A stretch of DNA of 64,000 bases from Gekko japonicus (GCF_001447785.1 NW_015162030.1:127895-191894); one strand, 5' to 3'; positions 25,470 to 37,760 are shown, counted from the first letter of the stretch. The notes: a model not told the origin generated them from the sequence alone. A program made the numbers and translations.

Positions 25470-26050
25470 ATAAGAACATAAGAGAAGCCGGTGTTAGATC
25501 AGATCATTGGCCCATCTAGTCCAACACTCTGTGTCACACAGTGGCCCAAAATACCAGGGGCCATCAGGAGGTCTAGCAGTGGGGCCAGGACTCCCGAAGC
25601 CCTCCCACTGTTGCCACCCCCCCAGGCACCAAGAATACAGAGCATCCCTTGCCCCAGACTGAGAGTTCCTATAAGAACATAAGAGAAGCCAGTGTTGGAT
25701 CAGGCCAATGGCCCATCCAGACCAGCACTCTGTGTCACACAGTGGCCAAAAATACCAGTTGCCCATCAGGAGGTCCACCAGTGGTGCCAGGACACCAGAA
25801 GCCCTCCCACTGTTGCCCCCCTCCCCAAGCCACTAGTGGACTTCTGCTCCATATGCTTATCTAATTCATAAGAACAGAAGAGAAGCCAATGTTGGATCAG
25901 GCCAATGGCCCATCCAGTCCAGCACTCTGTGTCATACGGTGGCCAAAAATACCAGGTGCCCATCAGGAGGTCCACCAGTGGGGCCAGAACTCCAGAAGCC
26001 CTCCCACTGTTACTCCCCCAAGCATGAAGAATATAGAGCCTCCCTTGCCC
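25470..26050 (-). repeat. Three head-to-tail CR1 3'-end units in the last FAM166B intron
   Basis: TAAGAACATAAGAGAAGCC restarts at ~25470, 25672 and 25869. Confidence 0.82.
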
Positions 26051-26090
26051 CACTCCTCTCACACCTTCTGGCTTCTGCTGCTGCTTCTAG

Positions 26091-26191
26091 GCTACAAGTT
26101 CCGCTTTGGCCGCACCTACGGCCACCTGACCTACGACGCCCTGGGCCGGAGCACACCGGAGGAGAAGCTGACGCCCGGCCACCTGCCATAG
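26091..26191 (+). CDS. FAM166B: FAM166B/CIMIP2B last coding exon
   Basis: TTCTAG| acceptor, GYKFRFGRTYGHLTYDALGRSTPEEKLTPGHLP-TAG. Confidence 0.92.
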
Positions 26192-27555
26192 AAGAAGGCT
26201 GCTTCCCCAGCCCCATCTCCAGATTCCCCCCCCCCCCCAGAAACTGGGCCCCTCTCTTTGTGCCGGGGGAAGCCCCCAAACTCTCCCCCCCCAGGCAGAC
26301 AGACAGACAGGATGGGGAAGATGCTGGCAGGCCGTCCGTCTGTCCGTCCGTCATGCCTTTGAGATTGGGGTCGGACCAGTTCTTTGTCAGCTCTGAGCAA
26401 CCCAAGAGCACCTGGGCTCTCGGAGGGAGGGGGCGTCTGGGGAGGGGGCTGAGCTGTTGGGAAAGGCCAGAAAAAGACCAGCCTTTCCCTTCATCAGCCA
26501 GCCACTCCCAGCGGCCCCGGAGAGCAGCTTCCGGTCAGAGGCTGGGATGCCCGGCCGCCCTCTGATTCAGTACCAGGCAGCTGTCTAAGAAAGCCGAGCC
26601 CCCCCCCCCCCTGCCAAGTAAGGCCCGGGAGAAGTCAGGGTCAGAGAAGGGAACTGGCGGCCAGCCCGGGCTCACAAGGGGGGGGTCAATGGGGGGGGGG
26701 GGATCCCCCTTTTGCCACATTTTGAGCCGTGGGAGCAAATGGGTTATTTCTGCTCCCCACAGCAAATCATGACAGGACCTGAGACGGAAAAGCAGCAGGC
26801 AGCTCCCGCCCCCCCTTCAGGCCTGCTGCACCTCCAGGACTGACCCCGCCTGGGTAGGAGAGGGGCTCATTTACCCCCATCTGGACAGAGGCTGCGGAGC
26901 GCCAGGGAGGGGCTCTTCCTTCCTTCCCCTGCAGCAGGGGGATACAGAGAGGGGCCAGGGGAGAGGCCACGCATCCCAAGAAGCTGCCGCCTGGCTGTCC
27001 TGAAGCTATCTGACAAGGGAGGGGGTCAGGGGTCTCCCCCCCCCCACAGCCATCCCCACAAAGACCTGGCTGAACGCCCCTGAGAGCAGCCCTCTTTGCA
27101 GTAGCATCAGCAGCAGCAGCACCCCTGGCCGGCGCTTCAAGGCGCCTTCAGCCACGCACAGCAGCAACTGCTGCTTTTTCTTGAAGCTCTCCAAATGCCC
27201 CCTGGTGGCATCTCAGGGCAAACGGCACCCAGGTGGGGCTAAGGGAAGGAAAACCGGACCGATGCAGGCAGGACCTCCAGGGACACATCCCTTCCTGTCC
27301 AGGCCTGTCCACCAGTGGCCCCCCTCCTGGACCTTCTCGGGGCATGCTACTCTCGAGCAGCCCCACCCCACGCCGAGTCTTCCTCCCCTCCGGCCTCAGC
27401 AAGGGTCTCTCCCGTCCTCTGCAACCGGCGTCACTTGCAGCCCTGCACATGCCCGCTTCGGACGGGTGGGGGTGGGGTGGGGTACTCCGTGGGCAGCCCA
27501 GGGTGGCGTCCCCAGTCACGACTTCGGAGAGCGGCTCGTCGTCAGCACCTTCTTT

Positions 27556-27561
27556 TTTAAT
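27556..27561 (-). terminator. ATTAAA poly(A) signal, probable RUSC2 3' end
   Basis: Plus-strand TTTAAT in an AT-rich island ~1.15 kb past the RUSC2 stop. Confidence 0.55.
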
Positions 27562-27575
27562 TAATGTGCATCATA

Positions 27576-27593
27576 AATAAAGAAATAAATAAA
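27576..27593 (+). terminator. Clustered AATAAA poly(A) signals, probable FAM166B 3' end
   Basis: AATAAA at 27576, 27584 and 27588; the first such hexamers I found after the stop at 26191. Confidence 0.65.
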
Positions 27594-28706
27594 GGCGAGA
27601 CACCCTGTTCTAACGCCAAAAGTACAAATTAAATAGTGGCGCCATCTCTGCAAGAGCCATATGGACACAGAGGAGCAAACCTTGCAAGGTCAGAGGCGCC
27701 CCGGGCAGGGACCGGCGGGGGGGGGAGGGGAGGCCCCTGCCCAGACGCTACGCACTGGCTGGCCTCGGCCATAATACTGTCGCGTTAGCTACACTGAGAC
27801 CGGGGGTGTGTGTGTCTGAGGGCTGCCCCCCCCCCTCCATACACAACTTGTCCCCTAAGTGGGCATGGAACACAGCACAGAAGTAAATGACTCCCACCCA
27901 CCCCCCGGAAGACCCTCCTTCAAAATCACGTGGCAGGCAGTTCCACCGGGCCGGTGGCCTCCAGGGCCCTCCCGCTGCTGTGCTTGTCCGTCACTTTTAA
28001 ACACCTTAAAAACCATAGCCATTTGCCCAGAAAGAGGGGGGGGGGGTTACTGGCCCACTCTGGCTGGAAGCACTGTCCCCTCCCCCATCCCCATACCGCC
28101 ACTCCCCCCTAAACCCCCAGTTCCCTCGATGGGGGGCAATTCCCACAAACCCGCTACTTCTACCACAGAACAGTTGTCGACTGCCACCAAACCACGACAC
28201 ACAGACACAGACACTGGCTGGACGACTCCCACGGGCCCCCGCCCTGCCCAGCTCCCACGGGCCCCCGCGGCACCGTCCTTGTGTTAGTATAAGTCAGCAC
28301 AGAGTTCTAGAGCAGAGCTTCCGGCGACCGGCAGCAGAGGCCCCCCACCCCGCCCCGCCCGCAGGCACCGATGGAAGAGGAGCAGTGCATGCTGGGGGCT
28401 GTGGCTGGACACAGGCCGCCCCGTCGAACCCCGGCTGTCTCGGTCCCTGCAGCCTCATGTTGACACGGGATGAAGGCCGGAGATGGAGCTGGTGGAGAGG
28501 AGAGAGGGGGCACCATGGGGTCCCAGACGGAGCGCGAGAGAGAGCATGCACGATGGTGCTGGGCAACACGGCCCCCCTGCCGGCCGCCCCCACGGAGCAG
28601 GGCACAGGAGAGGGAGAAGGCAAGTCTTGTCCACCACCGCTCCGCCGGGCGGCTGGCCGGAGCAGGCGGGGGGGGCTGTGCTTCCGGGGCCTCGCGCCCC
28701 GTCCCG

Positions 28707-28887
28707 TCAATAGTCCTCGTCTTCCATGTGCGTGACGTACATGATGGGCACCAGCCCGCTCTCTGCTCCTCGGCGGCACCGCAGCCAGTCGGCGTCCACC
28801 TTGCCCAACACGCGCAGGACGTCTCCCTTCTTGAAGCTCAGCTGCCCGGCCTCCGTGGCGATGTGGTGGCAAAGGGCCTTCACCTCG
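28707..28887 (-). CDS. RUSC2: RUSC2 last coding exon, SH3 domain and stop
   Basis: [63 protein letters not shown]; SH3 signature; CCCAG| acceptor. Confidence 0.96.
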
Positions 28888-29049
28888 CTGGGGAAGAAGA
28901 GCAGAGAGCCATGAGGGCCCCGTCAGGCAGAGGAGGCGGGCGCCCTGGCGAGGTATGGGGGAGCCACGCCCAGCCAAGGAGCTTGGTGGCAAACCCTGGC
29001 AGGCCTGCTGAAGGCGTTCGCTCGCTCCCTGACCTCACGGCCACTACTG

Positions 29050-30471
29050 GGACGCCCCTCAGATAGAGTCTCGGTGCAGCCGTTCTGGTGGCCGCAACTC
29101 AAAAGGGACACTGCAGGACAGCTGGGGAAAGGGCAGCAGAGGGCCACCAAGAGGCTTAAGCAGCGGGAGCCCCTTTCCTACGAGAAAAGGCTGAAGAGCC
29201 TTGGATGGCCCCGTCGTTTCCAGTTCAGAAAAGAGATGACCCGGGGGGGGGGGGGAGACGACGACGACAGGATGGAGGTTTATAAAATCATGCACGGGGG
29301 GGGGGGGGGTGTGTGTGGAGAGCTGACAAGGAGGACTTTCCCCTCCCTCTCCCCAAAGCCTAGAACTCGAGGGCATCCAGCGAAGTTGACGGGCAGTAGG
29401 TTCAGGACAGACAACAGGAAACATGACTTTACACAGAGCGTGACTGAGATGTGGAATTGGCTGCCAGAGGAGACAGTGATGGCCACCGGCACAGATGGCT
29501 TGAAAAGGGCTCGACAGATTCAAAGAGCAGAGAGCAATTGGGGGGGGGGACTTCAGAAGGGCCCTGCTGCTCGAGAGTAGTCTGCCCCCCATCAACTGCC
29601 ACTAGCCACGGTGTCTAAAGGGAGCCTCCACGTCCAGGGGCAGCAAGACTCTGAATCCCAGAGCTGGGAAGCAGCGTCAAGGGAAGGCCTCGGCTTATAC
29701 TGCCTGCCTGTTGGCCCTCCAGAGGAACTGGCCGGCCCCTCTTGTGAGTCAGGATATGCTGGACTAGATAGACTACTGCTCTGATACAGCAGGGCTCTTC
29801 TGGTGTCCTTCTCAGAGGGGAAGGCCTCAGCCTCTATGCCCTGCTGTTGGCCCTCCAGAGGGACTGGCTGGCCCCTGTGTGAGAGACAGGAGGCTGGACT
29901 AGATGGATCCTCACTGGTCTGACCCAGCAGGGCTCTCCTGAGGTTCTTATCAGGGATGAGGCCTCGGCCTCTCTGCCCTGTTGCTGGCCCTCCAGAGGAA
30001 CTGGCTGGCCCGTGTGAGAAGGGATGCTGGACTGGATGGACCCTCCCTGGTCTGACCCAGCAGGGCTCTTCTCAGGGGGAGGCCTCGGCCTCTCTGCCTT
30101 GTTGTTGGCCCTTCAGAGGAAATGGTTGGCCCCTGTGTGAGACGGGATGCTGGACTAGGTGGACCTCAGTGGTCTGATCCAGCAGGGCTCTTCTGGTGTT
30201 CCTTCTCAGAGGGGAAGGTCTCGGCCTCTCTGCCCTGTTGCTGGCCCTCCGGAGGAACTGGCTGGCCCCTGTGTGAGACGGGAGGCTGGACTAGAGGGAC
30301 CCTCCCTGATCTGGCCCAGCAGGGCTCTTCTGGTGTCCGTATCAGGCGAAGACCTCGGCCTCTCTGCCCTGTTGCTGGCCCTCCAGAGGGACTGGTTGGG
30401 CCCTGTGTGAGACAGGATATGCTGGACTGGATGGACCCTCCCTGGTCTGACCCAGCAAGGCTCTTCTGATG
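29050..30471 (+). mobile_element. CR1 3' fragment followed by six tandem ~135-bp 3'UTR units
   Basis: ORF 29074-29580 is CR1-like (QRATK...SYEKRLKSLG...VYKIM...RTRGH...WNWLP); repeat units start at 29684, 29821, 29958, 30079, 30215 and 30349. Confidence 0.85.
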
Positions 30472-30762
30472 TCCCCCCAGCCCTCCTCCCTTCCACTCCC
30501 AGGGCTCTGGACCCAGAGAAGTCCATGCCGAGCTCCCATCCCTCCCCAGGCCTTCCCTCCGGGCCACATGGCTGGACCTCGGAGCCACGCTGCTCCCTGC
30601 TGGGCATTCCACCTGTGGCTGACCCCTCCGACGAGGGTGTGCAGCGTCTGACGGCAAGCCCGGCTGAGATGCCAAGCGGCTGGCAACGGAGCCCAGGGGG
30701 CACTGTTTCCCCCGCACACACACACACACACACACGCTTGCCCCTGCCCTGACTCCACTCAC

Positions 30763-30945
30763 CAGGGTGTCTCCGGGGGCAGGTTCCTCTCCGGGGGCGG
30801 CTGCTGCTGCTTGGGGCAAGAAGAGGTGGAGTCTGCCGGGCCCCGTTCAGGCTCCGAGGCGGCCTCCTTCCACACGCCGGCCCCCACGGTCTGGGCCATC
30901 AGCTGGAACACGGAGCGGTCCAGGCTCAGCCAGCCAGATGGCATC
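30763..30945 (-). CDS. RUSC2: RUSC2 coding exon 10
   Basis: RMPSGWLSLDRSVFQLMAQTVG...PETP; CCCAG| acceptor, TG|GTGAGT donor; 183 nt, phase 2-2. Confidence 0.93.
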
Positions 30946-31392
30946 CTGGGAAGAAGGCTGCCGGTCAAGCAAGAGGTTTACCTCAGCGGCGTCCCTCAGA
31001 CCATCACGAGAGTCTCCCTGCCCAGAACCCCCCTCTAATGATTCCATGTTTGGGGGGGGGTGTCTGCAGGGCGATAGGGGGAGATGAGTGTGCTGTGGGA
31101 GGAGAGATGTTCGGAGAGGAGTCTGTGTGTGTGTTTTATGACAGAGAGTTCTGTGTGTGTGTCTTTGGAAAGTGAAGTGTGGAAGAGCTATGAAGAGAGT
31201 CGGTGTGACTCTAAACATATGGCAAAGAAACAAGTAGTGTCTAAACTGTGTGGTTAGACAAATGGTTTATCGTGTGTGCCCAAGACAAAGAGCTTAGCCA
31301 GTGTGGCTACCTATATGAGAGAGAGAAGCCCGTCAGCGTGGAATTCTGGTGTCTGAGAGACGGTGTGCGACACCTGGCCAGTTATATTTACA

Positions 31393-31820
31393 CAGGGGTC
31401 GTTTCATAGAAAAAGAGCTAGGGGAACTCATTAGCATAACTCATTAGCATATGCCATACCCCCTGACATCACCGGAAGTATGTCATGAGGCCACACCCCC
31501 TGAATGCGCTCGCCCGCTTCAGGAGAGGGGATCAAAGTGTAATACAAGCCTCCTCCGAGACTTGATCACACCAATCTCAACTCTCTCTTGGGTCTTGATG
31601 GCTGCCAGTCATTCCCCCTGCCTGGGGGAAGCCGCGTTGGACCAAAATACAGTCCAAACTGCTGTAAGGAACACCCGTCCACCCTGAGCACTTACAGGGT
31701 GCGTCAAATCGCCATTTTACCCCGACCGGAAGCAGGGGGCGGGGCTTCGTCGTGTGCCCCGCCCCCCGCACCTCACCCGGGGGAACGGCGATCCTCGCGA
31801 TCCCCCCGAAATGACCCCTG
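31393..31820. mobile_element. hAT non-autonomous element
   Basis: CAGGGGTC...GACCCCTG TIRs, perfect 8-bp TSD TATTTACA. Confidence 0.85.
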
Positions 31821-32162
31821 TATTTACAAGTTCCTTTCCCCAGAAACAGTTCAAGATAGCCAGAAACCTATTTTGTTCTTTATTCAATAAATTGATTTTT
31901 GTTTAAATGTATCCCAAAGATCAGTACAGTCCTTCCTCAGGGCCACATAGTCCTCTGAAGTGCCCAGACCCTGGGTCATACTACCAGCAGAGACAGATTG
32001 TGGAATTCTTAATTCCTGGTGGCAGCAGAAAACTACCACGTTTACATACACAGAGGGTGGTTTAAAGGGAAAACAGGGGCCCCCCACAAGCAAGCAGGCC
32101 ACACCCTCCCTTCCAGAGCAGGGCCGCCTTTGAGCCCCCTCCCCTCCCCTCCCCCTCCTCAC

Positions 32163-33126
32163 CTGCCGGTCTGCTTGGGCTCCTTGGTGGCCTTCCGGGA
32201 GCCGAAGAGGTGCCCCCACTTGGGCTGGCTGCTCTCGGGGCTGCAGGCGCTGCTCTGCTCCGGGACCCCGTGGCTCGGGGCTGGCCCGCGCTCCTTCTCC
32301 CTGGTGCCCTTCAGCTCTGTGAGCTCCGAGTCTGGCGGGCTGCCCATCCAGAAGGGGCGGCTCTTCTCCTTCACCTCTTCCTTGACCGAGGGCTCCGGCT
32401 TCTGGGCGGGCTCCGGGGCGGCCTTGGCGCGGGGCACCTCGTGGACGGGTCCCTCCTCTGTGATGGGGCAGGCCTCGGCCCCTTCCACCACCCCTTCCCT
32501 CGGGGGCGGCCCCTTCCTGGCCTCGGCCTGCTGCTTGAGTGCCGCCACCCCCGTGCCCACCTTCTTCTTCCGCTCGGAGCGGATGAAGCGAGCACCTTCT
32601 GCCGCCGACCCTTCGATGTAGACCTGGGAGCTCTGCATGAGCTGGTACCACCAGCTGGCCTGCTTGCCCTTCCTCAGCTCCGCGGCGGCGGCTGCGGCGG
32701 CCTCCGGGCCCTCTCTGCACTCCACCACCGCCTCCTCTTCCTCCTCCTTCCTGCCACCTCCGCTGGGGGCCCCCACACCCTTGGCTCGGCCCTCCTCCTC
32801 CTCCGCCTCCACGCGGTGCCGCCCCGGGTCCTCCTCGGCCCCCCAGCTCCGGTCGCTGCTACTGCTGCCGCTGCCGCCCCGGGTCCTCATCAGCTGGAGG
32901 GTGGAGTGGGCGGAGAGGACCAGGCCCTGCTGGGTGCGGAGGAGCTCCTTCTGCTGCCGCTGCTCCTTGCCCATCTGCAGGAGGCGGTGCTCGAAGAGGA
33001 GGTCCAGGCTGAAGGGCAGCAGGGAGAGCGGCTGGAGCAGCAGCAGCACCTCCTCAAAGAGGCCCTGGCACACGCCGTGCGCCAGCGACAGGAAGCCCAC
33101 CGGCTGGTAGTGCGCCTGGACGATGT
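32163..33126 (-). CDS. RUSC2: RUSC2 coding exon 9 (end of RUN domain and linker)
   Basis: [17 protein letters not shown]...[29 protein letters not shown]...[15 protein letters not shown]...[10 protein letters not shown]...[10 protein letters not shown]; CGCAG| acceptor, AG|GTGAGG donor; phase 1-2. Confidence 0.96.
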
Positions 33127-33794
33127 CTGCGGGGAGGACGGCACCCGCGTCAGCCCCTCTGCTCCCAGACTCCCCCCACCACCACCACCACCACAGAGGC
33201 ATCAAGAAACACCCCCACCCCTCACACACACACACACGCACGGCTGCCCCTCCCTGACCGCCACTTCCGTTCTCTGCTCTGCGGAACTCTGGACAAGCCC
33301 CGAATCGCTCCTCACTCCTTGTGCCCCTGCGGGCCCAGAGCAGGGCGGGCGGGGTCCAAGTCTAACCAGACTTCCAGGGCAGAAGCCCTCTTCTCGGGGC
33401 ATGGCCTGGAGGACCCCTTGTGGGTCAGAGAGCCAGTCTGGTGTCGTGGTTAAGTATGCGGACTCTAATCTGGGAGAACCGGGTTTGAGTCCCCACGCCT
33501 CCACCTGCACCTGCTGAGGTGACCTTGGGTCAGTCACAAGCTCTGGCACAGCTGTCCTTGAAAAAGAGCAGTTCCTGTCAAGAGTTCTCTCAGCCCCGCC
33601 CACCTCATAGGGTGTGTCTGTTGTGGGGAGGGGAAGGGGAAGGAGTTTGTAAGCCGCTCTGAGACTACAAGTGAAGGGCGGGGCATAAATCCAATCTCTT
33701 CTCTTCTTCTTCTTGTTGTTGGACTGGGAAATGGCTCCTCATTTCTAGACACACCCAGGGCCAGACTGCACGACTGGGGGCCTGGAGACCAAGC

Positions 33795-34195
33795 TCTATA
33801 AGGCTGAGGGACTTGGGAAGGTTCGGTCTGGAGAAGAGGAGGCTGAGGGGGGACAGGATGGCTCTCTTGAAGGATTTGAAGGGCTCTGTCACTTAAGAGG
33901 AGGGTAGGGAGCTGTTCCTGTTGGCAGCAGAGGAGAGGGCTCGCAAGACTGGGTTTAAATTCAGGGCGGGAAGGTACCGGATGGGTTATCAGGAAGAACT
34001 TTTTCTACAGTCAGAGTTGAGCAATGGTGGAATCAGCTGCCTCGGGAGGTGGGGGGCTCCCCCCCCCCCCCATTGGCCGTCTTGAAGCAGCGGCTGGACC
34101 AACACTGGTCAGGGATGCTCTAGGCCGAGGCTGCATTGAGCAGGGGGGGGGGGGGGGCGCTAGGTGGCCTGTGGTTCTATGATTCTATTCTATGC
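33795..34195 (+). mobile_element. CR1 LINE 3' fragment
   Basis: CTGGAGAAGAGGAGGCTGAGGGGGGACAGG...TGGAATCAGCTGCC...TTCTATGATTCTA tail. Confidence 0.85.
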
Positions 34196-36156
34196 ACGTT
34201 AGGATTCCTGAGGGGAGGCGTGTGGGTTCCCCAGCCAGTCACACACCACCCTGGGAGAAAACAACGTTCCCAGTAGGGTGACTTGCATGACGGAGTGATT
34301 CAAAATCAGGTTGGGGGGACCACCCTGTGGCCCACTGGGAATCATAACGCTCGGCCCTTACAGGAGAGGCTGCAACTGCAACGTTCCCTCTAAGCAGTGG
34401 AGTCTTGTGAGCAAAAATTATACGTTGTGAGCTACTGGCATTAAAATTGTGAGCGAGCGATTGCGCTGCAGCATCAGTTCTTTTGATCTGGAGCCCTCCT
34501 TCCTGAGCGAAGACAAAAATCTGTGAGCCGGAGGCTAAACAACTGTGAGCTGGCTCACGCTAACTCAGCTTAGAGGGAACCCTGGCTGCAAGGAATCCAA
34601 CTTTCTTCTCTGCTGCCGACAGGCTTCTTAGGGGCCGCCACAGAGAGGCCACGTCCCGACCCCCCGGGATGTAAGGGTCAGCTGCCCGAGGGCTCCTTCT
34701 CTCCCCAACACTGCCCCAACCACCAACTCCTGGTGCCCATTCCAACCGGGCAGGAGGCCCTGGAGTGCCAGCCCCACCTTGGGGTATAGAAAAAGAAAAG
34801 TAGGTTTTTATACCCCACTTTTCTCTGCCCTAAAACGGCTTACAATTGCCTTCCCTTCCTCTCCCCGCAACACACAGTTCTGAGAGAACTGTGACTGGCC
34901 CAAGGGTCGCCCAGCGGGCCTCATGGGATCAGAGTCCACGGCTCTTCACCACCACACCAGGCTGGCAAGGGACTGAGGACAAGCCACAAACTTTGGGGGG
35001 GGNNNNNNNNNNNNNNNNNNNNNCCCACCCCAGCCTCCCCCAACTCCTGCCACGCTTCAGCACTTTAGTTTGGGCACAGCTGCCGTGCACAAGGCACCAG
35101 CTGCCGTCTCGGGGGTGGGAAATACCTGGGAATTTTGCAGGTGGCCCCTGAGGAGGGCGGGGCTTGGCGAGGGGAGGGGACTTCAGTGGGGTACAATGCC
35201 ACGGAGTCTGCCTTCCAAAGCCACCCCGCTTTCTCCAGGCGAACTGACTTCTGTCACCTGGAGATCAATTCTAATTCTAGATCTCATGCAGCTTTGAGAA
35301 TGACAGGAGTCCTCCGTCCATGAATGTCAGCAGCACAGTGTGTCTTTTGTAGGACCGGCAAAAAAAGCATCCTTACAACTATTAAAAGGCTGTCCCCCTT
35401 TTTGGAAGACTTCATGCAAGGAGAAGCGGGTTCATAATTCTAGACACTCCCGTGGGGGCTTGACTTTTAAAGCACTGATGCAAAATGGTCTGGTAGTTAT
35501 CAGTCTGTATGTACTGAATGTTACTGCTTATTGAATGTAATGAATATTTATACCTGACCAGGATGAAATAATGACACACTATGCACTTTACTAAATGATG
35601 ACCCTAAACAGAACACATTAGTTTGTTAAAAGGTTTTTGCAGTGCATATTTATTTGTTACTAGGCTACCTGGAGATTGGCAACACCTGTCTCTGAAACGG
35701 TTGGCCACTCCACCTCCCAACAAAGGCAGTGGGCAGCTAACTGAGCTCTGGAGAGCCAGTCTGGTGTCGTGGTTAAGTGCGCGGACTCTAATCTGGGAGA
35801 ACCGGGTTTGATTCCCCACTCCTCCTCCACTTGCACCTGGCTGGGTGACCTTGGGCAAGCCGTAGTTTTGATAAGAGCTGGTCTTGAAAAAGAGCAGTTT
35901 CTGTCAAGAGCTCTCTCAGCCCCACCCGCCTCACAGGGGGTGTCTGTTGTGGGGAGGGGAAGGGAAAGGCGTTTGTGAGCCGCTCTGAGACTCCTTCAGG
36001 TAGTGAAGAGCGGGGTATAAATCTAATCTCTTCTTCTTCTTCTTCTGCATGTGTGTGTGTGTGTGTCTTCTGAGTCTTCCTGCTTCCAAACCTTGTCATA
36101 GCTGCAGACACATACCAACCCCGCCCCCCAATCCCCGCAGGGCCCGTCACTCTTAC

Positions 36157-36203
36157 CTTCGTGGTTGTACAGGTGGTTAAACCAGAACTCCAATGACCGG
36201 ATG
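36157..36203 (-). CDS. RUSC2: RUSC2 coding exon 8 (RUN domain)
   Basis: (N)IRSLEFWFNHLYNHE; CAACAG| acceptor, G|GTAAGA donor; 47 nt, phase 2-1. Confidence 0.94.
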
Positions 36204-36974
36204 CTGTTGCAAGAGAAAGCGGGAGAAGGCGGTGAAGCAGGGCGCTGAGTGCCAACCAAGCAGCCCACCTGCGCCCCCTTCCTCCTGCCCTCCCCCCAAG
36301 GAGACACAGCCCTCCTTTCCTCAGTTTTATCACCACAACAGCCCTGCGAGGCGGTCAGGCAGAGGGCAAGAGAGAGACTGGCTGGCCCAGGGCCACCAAG
36401 GTGGACTTGGGCCTGGAACCCGCGCCTCCCAGATTCTCACCTGACCAACGCCACCCACGCTCTCAGTGCTGAAGCAAATGCAGCCAGGAGAAACGGGTCT
36501 GAAACATGGCCCCCTCCCTCCCCCCCCGGCCTGCTGGGGCACCCCGCCTTCCACGCTTCCCGGCACCTCCCAGACGCCCAGCTCGGGACAGGCTGGGGTT
36601 TCCCTGGGGTAAAGTGTTCCAACGAGGGATCCGTGTGTGTGCAGCTCCAAGGAACACCCCTCCACCCCCAAGGCCATCTCAGGTTGGAAAACGGGGGCAA
36701 GGGAGTTGTGTGGAGCCCCTTGTGCCTGCGCAGTGGTCCCAATCCAGATCAGACCCTTGAAGCACTCAGGGAGCCAGAGGTGTTTCAGCTGGAAAGGCTG
36801 TTGCCGGGCGGGGAGCCTCCAGTGCAGAGAAGGAAGGGCCTGTTGATCTCTCTCCCTCACGGGCCACGGGCAGGCGGGGGTGGCGGGGGCGGGGGGGCTC
36901 CACTACATCTCCCCCCCCTTCCTTTTCTAGTCAAGGACAGTAGCCTCAAGCAAGCTGGGGAGGGCATGACAATA

Positions 36975-37024
36975 GTACTGGCTGACCTTGCCGTACAGGC
37001 CGTGGAGGACTTTGGTGGAGGGGC
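36975..37024 (-). CDS. RUSC2: RUSC2 coding exon 7 (RUN domain), 5' half only; 3' half and normal donor missing
   Basis: CCGCAG| acceptor then GPSTKVLHGLYGKVSQY, after which similarity stops and the frame runs YCHALPSLLEATVLD-stop (36927). Confidence 0.85.
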
Positions 37025-37585
37025 CTGCGGAGGGGGGGGGAGGAGGAGGGTCAGGTGCAGAGCAGGCAAAGAACAGTCCACACACACACCCCCGCAATAA
37101 GGGACCAGATTCCCCCCAGCCCTCCCCCGCCCCCAAACTGCCATCCTTCGGCAGGAAAGATCCCTGGGAGGGCTGAGCCACACGCAGGTCCGGCTGGCGT
37201 CTGAGGCCTCTCGCGAGGGTCTGGCCACCCAGGGGGCAAGAAGAAGAGCCCGGGGGAATCAGATCCCGCCCCCCCCCCCCGTTCACTTGCACCATCGAGC
37301 CCACCTCCTGGTCCGAATCCATCCTCATGCTGCTCCCGCCCACGGACAAGGCAGAGATGACCCACCAGGACCACCCCGCAGTCTCGCCTGGCTGCGACTT
37401 CATTTTAGAAAACGAAGCTCTGCTACTCCCTTGAGACCAGCCGCATTGGCAAGCCAGGCAAGGCTCCTGATGTGCGCACGGGCCTGGATACGCCCACCCC
37501 AAAAGGGAGAGTCCAGTCTTTAAAACAGAGGACCCCCCCTCCCCTGCCCAGAGCGCCACTCAGGGCCACCCGCGCGGCTCCGTAC

Positions 37586-37760
37586 CCAGCTGAGTGGAGG
37601 CCTCCACCACGCTCCACGGGATGTTCCGCCTCTGGCCGACGATCACGTCCAGCACGTAGGCCTTGAGCCCGTCGCCCAGGACGTCGCGGATGGCCGGGCA
37701 CAGGTACTTCAGGATGAGGTGCCCCACGTTGGGGCTCACCGAGCTGTTCCCCAGCTTGGC
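37586..37760 (-). CDS. RUSC2: RUSC2 coding exon 6 (RUN domain)
   Basis: [58 protein letters not shown]; TTCCAG| acceptor, G|GTACGG donor; phase 0-1. Confidence 0.95.

Noticed and set aside
32210-33517. 435-aa plus-strand ORF (likewise 43916-45109 and 51123-51950)
   Set aside because: Antisense shadows of GC3-rich RUSC2 exons; no independent protein features.
34655-34690. DPYIPG peptide resembling FAM166B exon 1
   Set aside because: Wrong strand and wrong side of the gene; chance match.
35751-35822. tRNA genes
   Set aside because: A/B boxes belong to SINE heads followed by a SINE body; no complete cloverleaf.
36555-36592. CCCGAGCTG (PEL) as the missing continuation of RUSC2 exon 7
   Set aside because: It continues GVWEV, not TSHTMRF; no TSD links it to the breakpoint.
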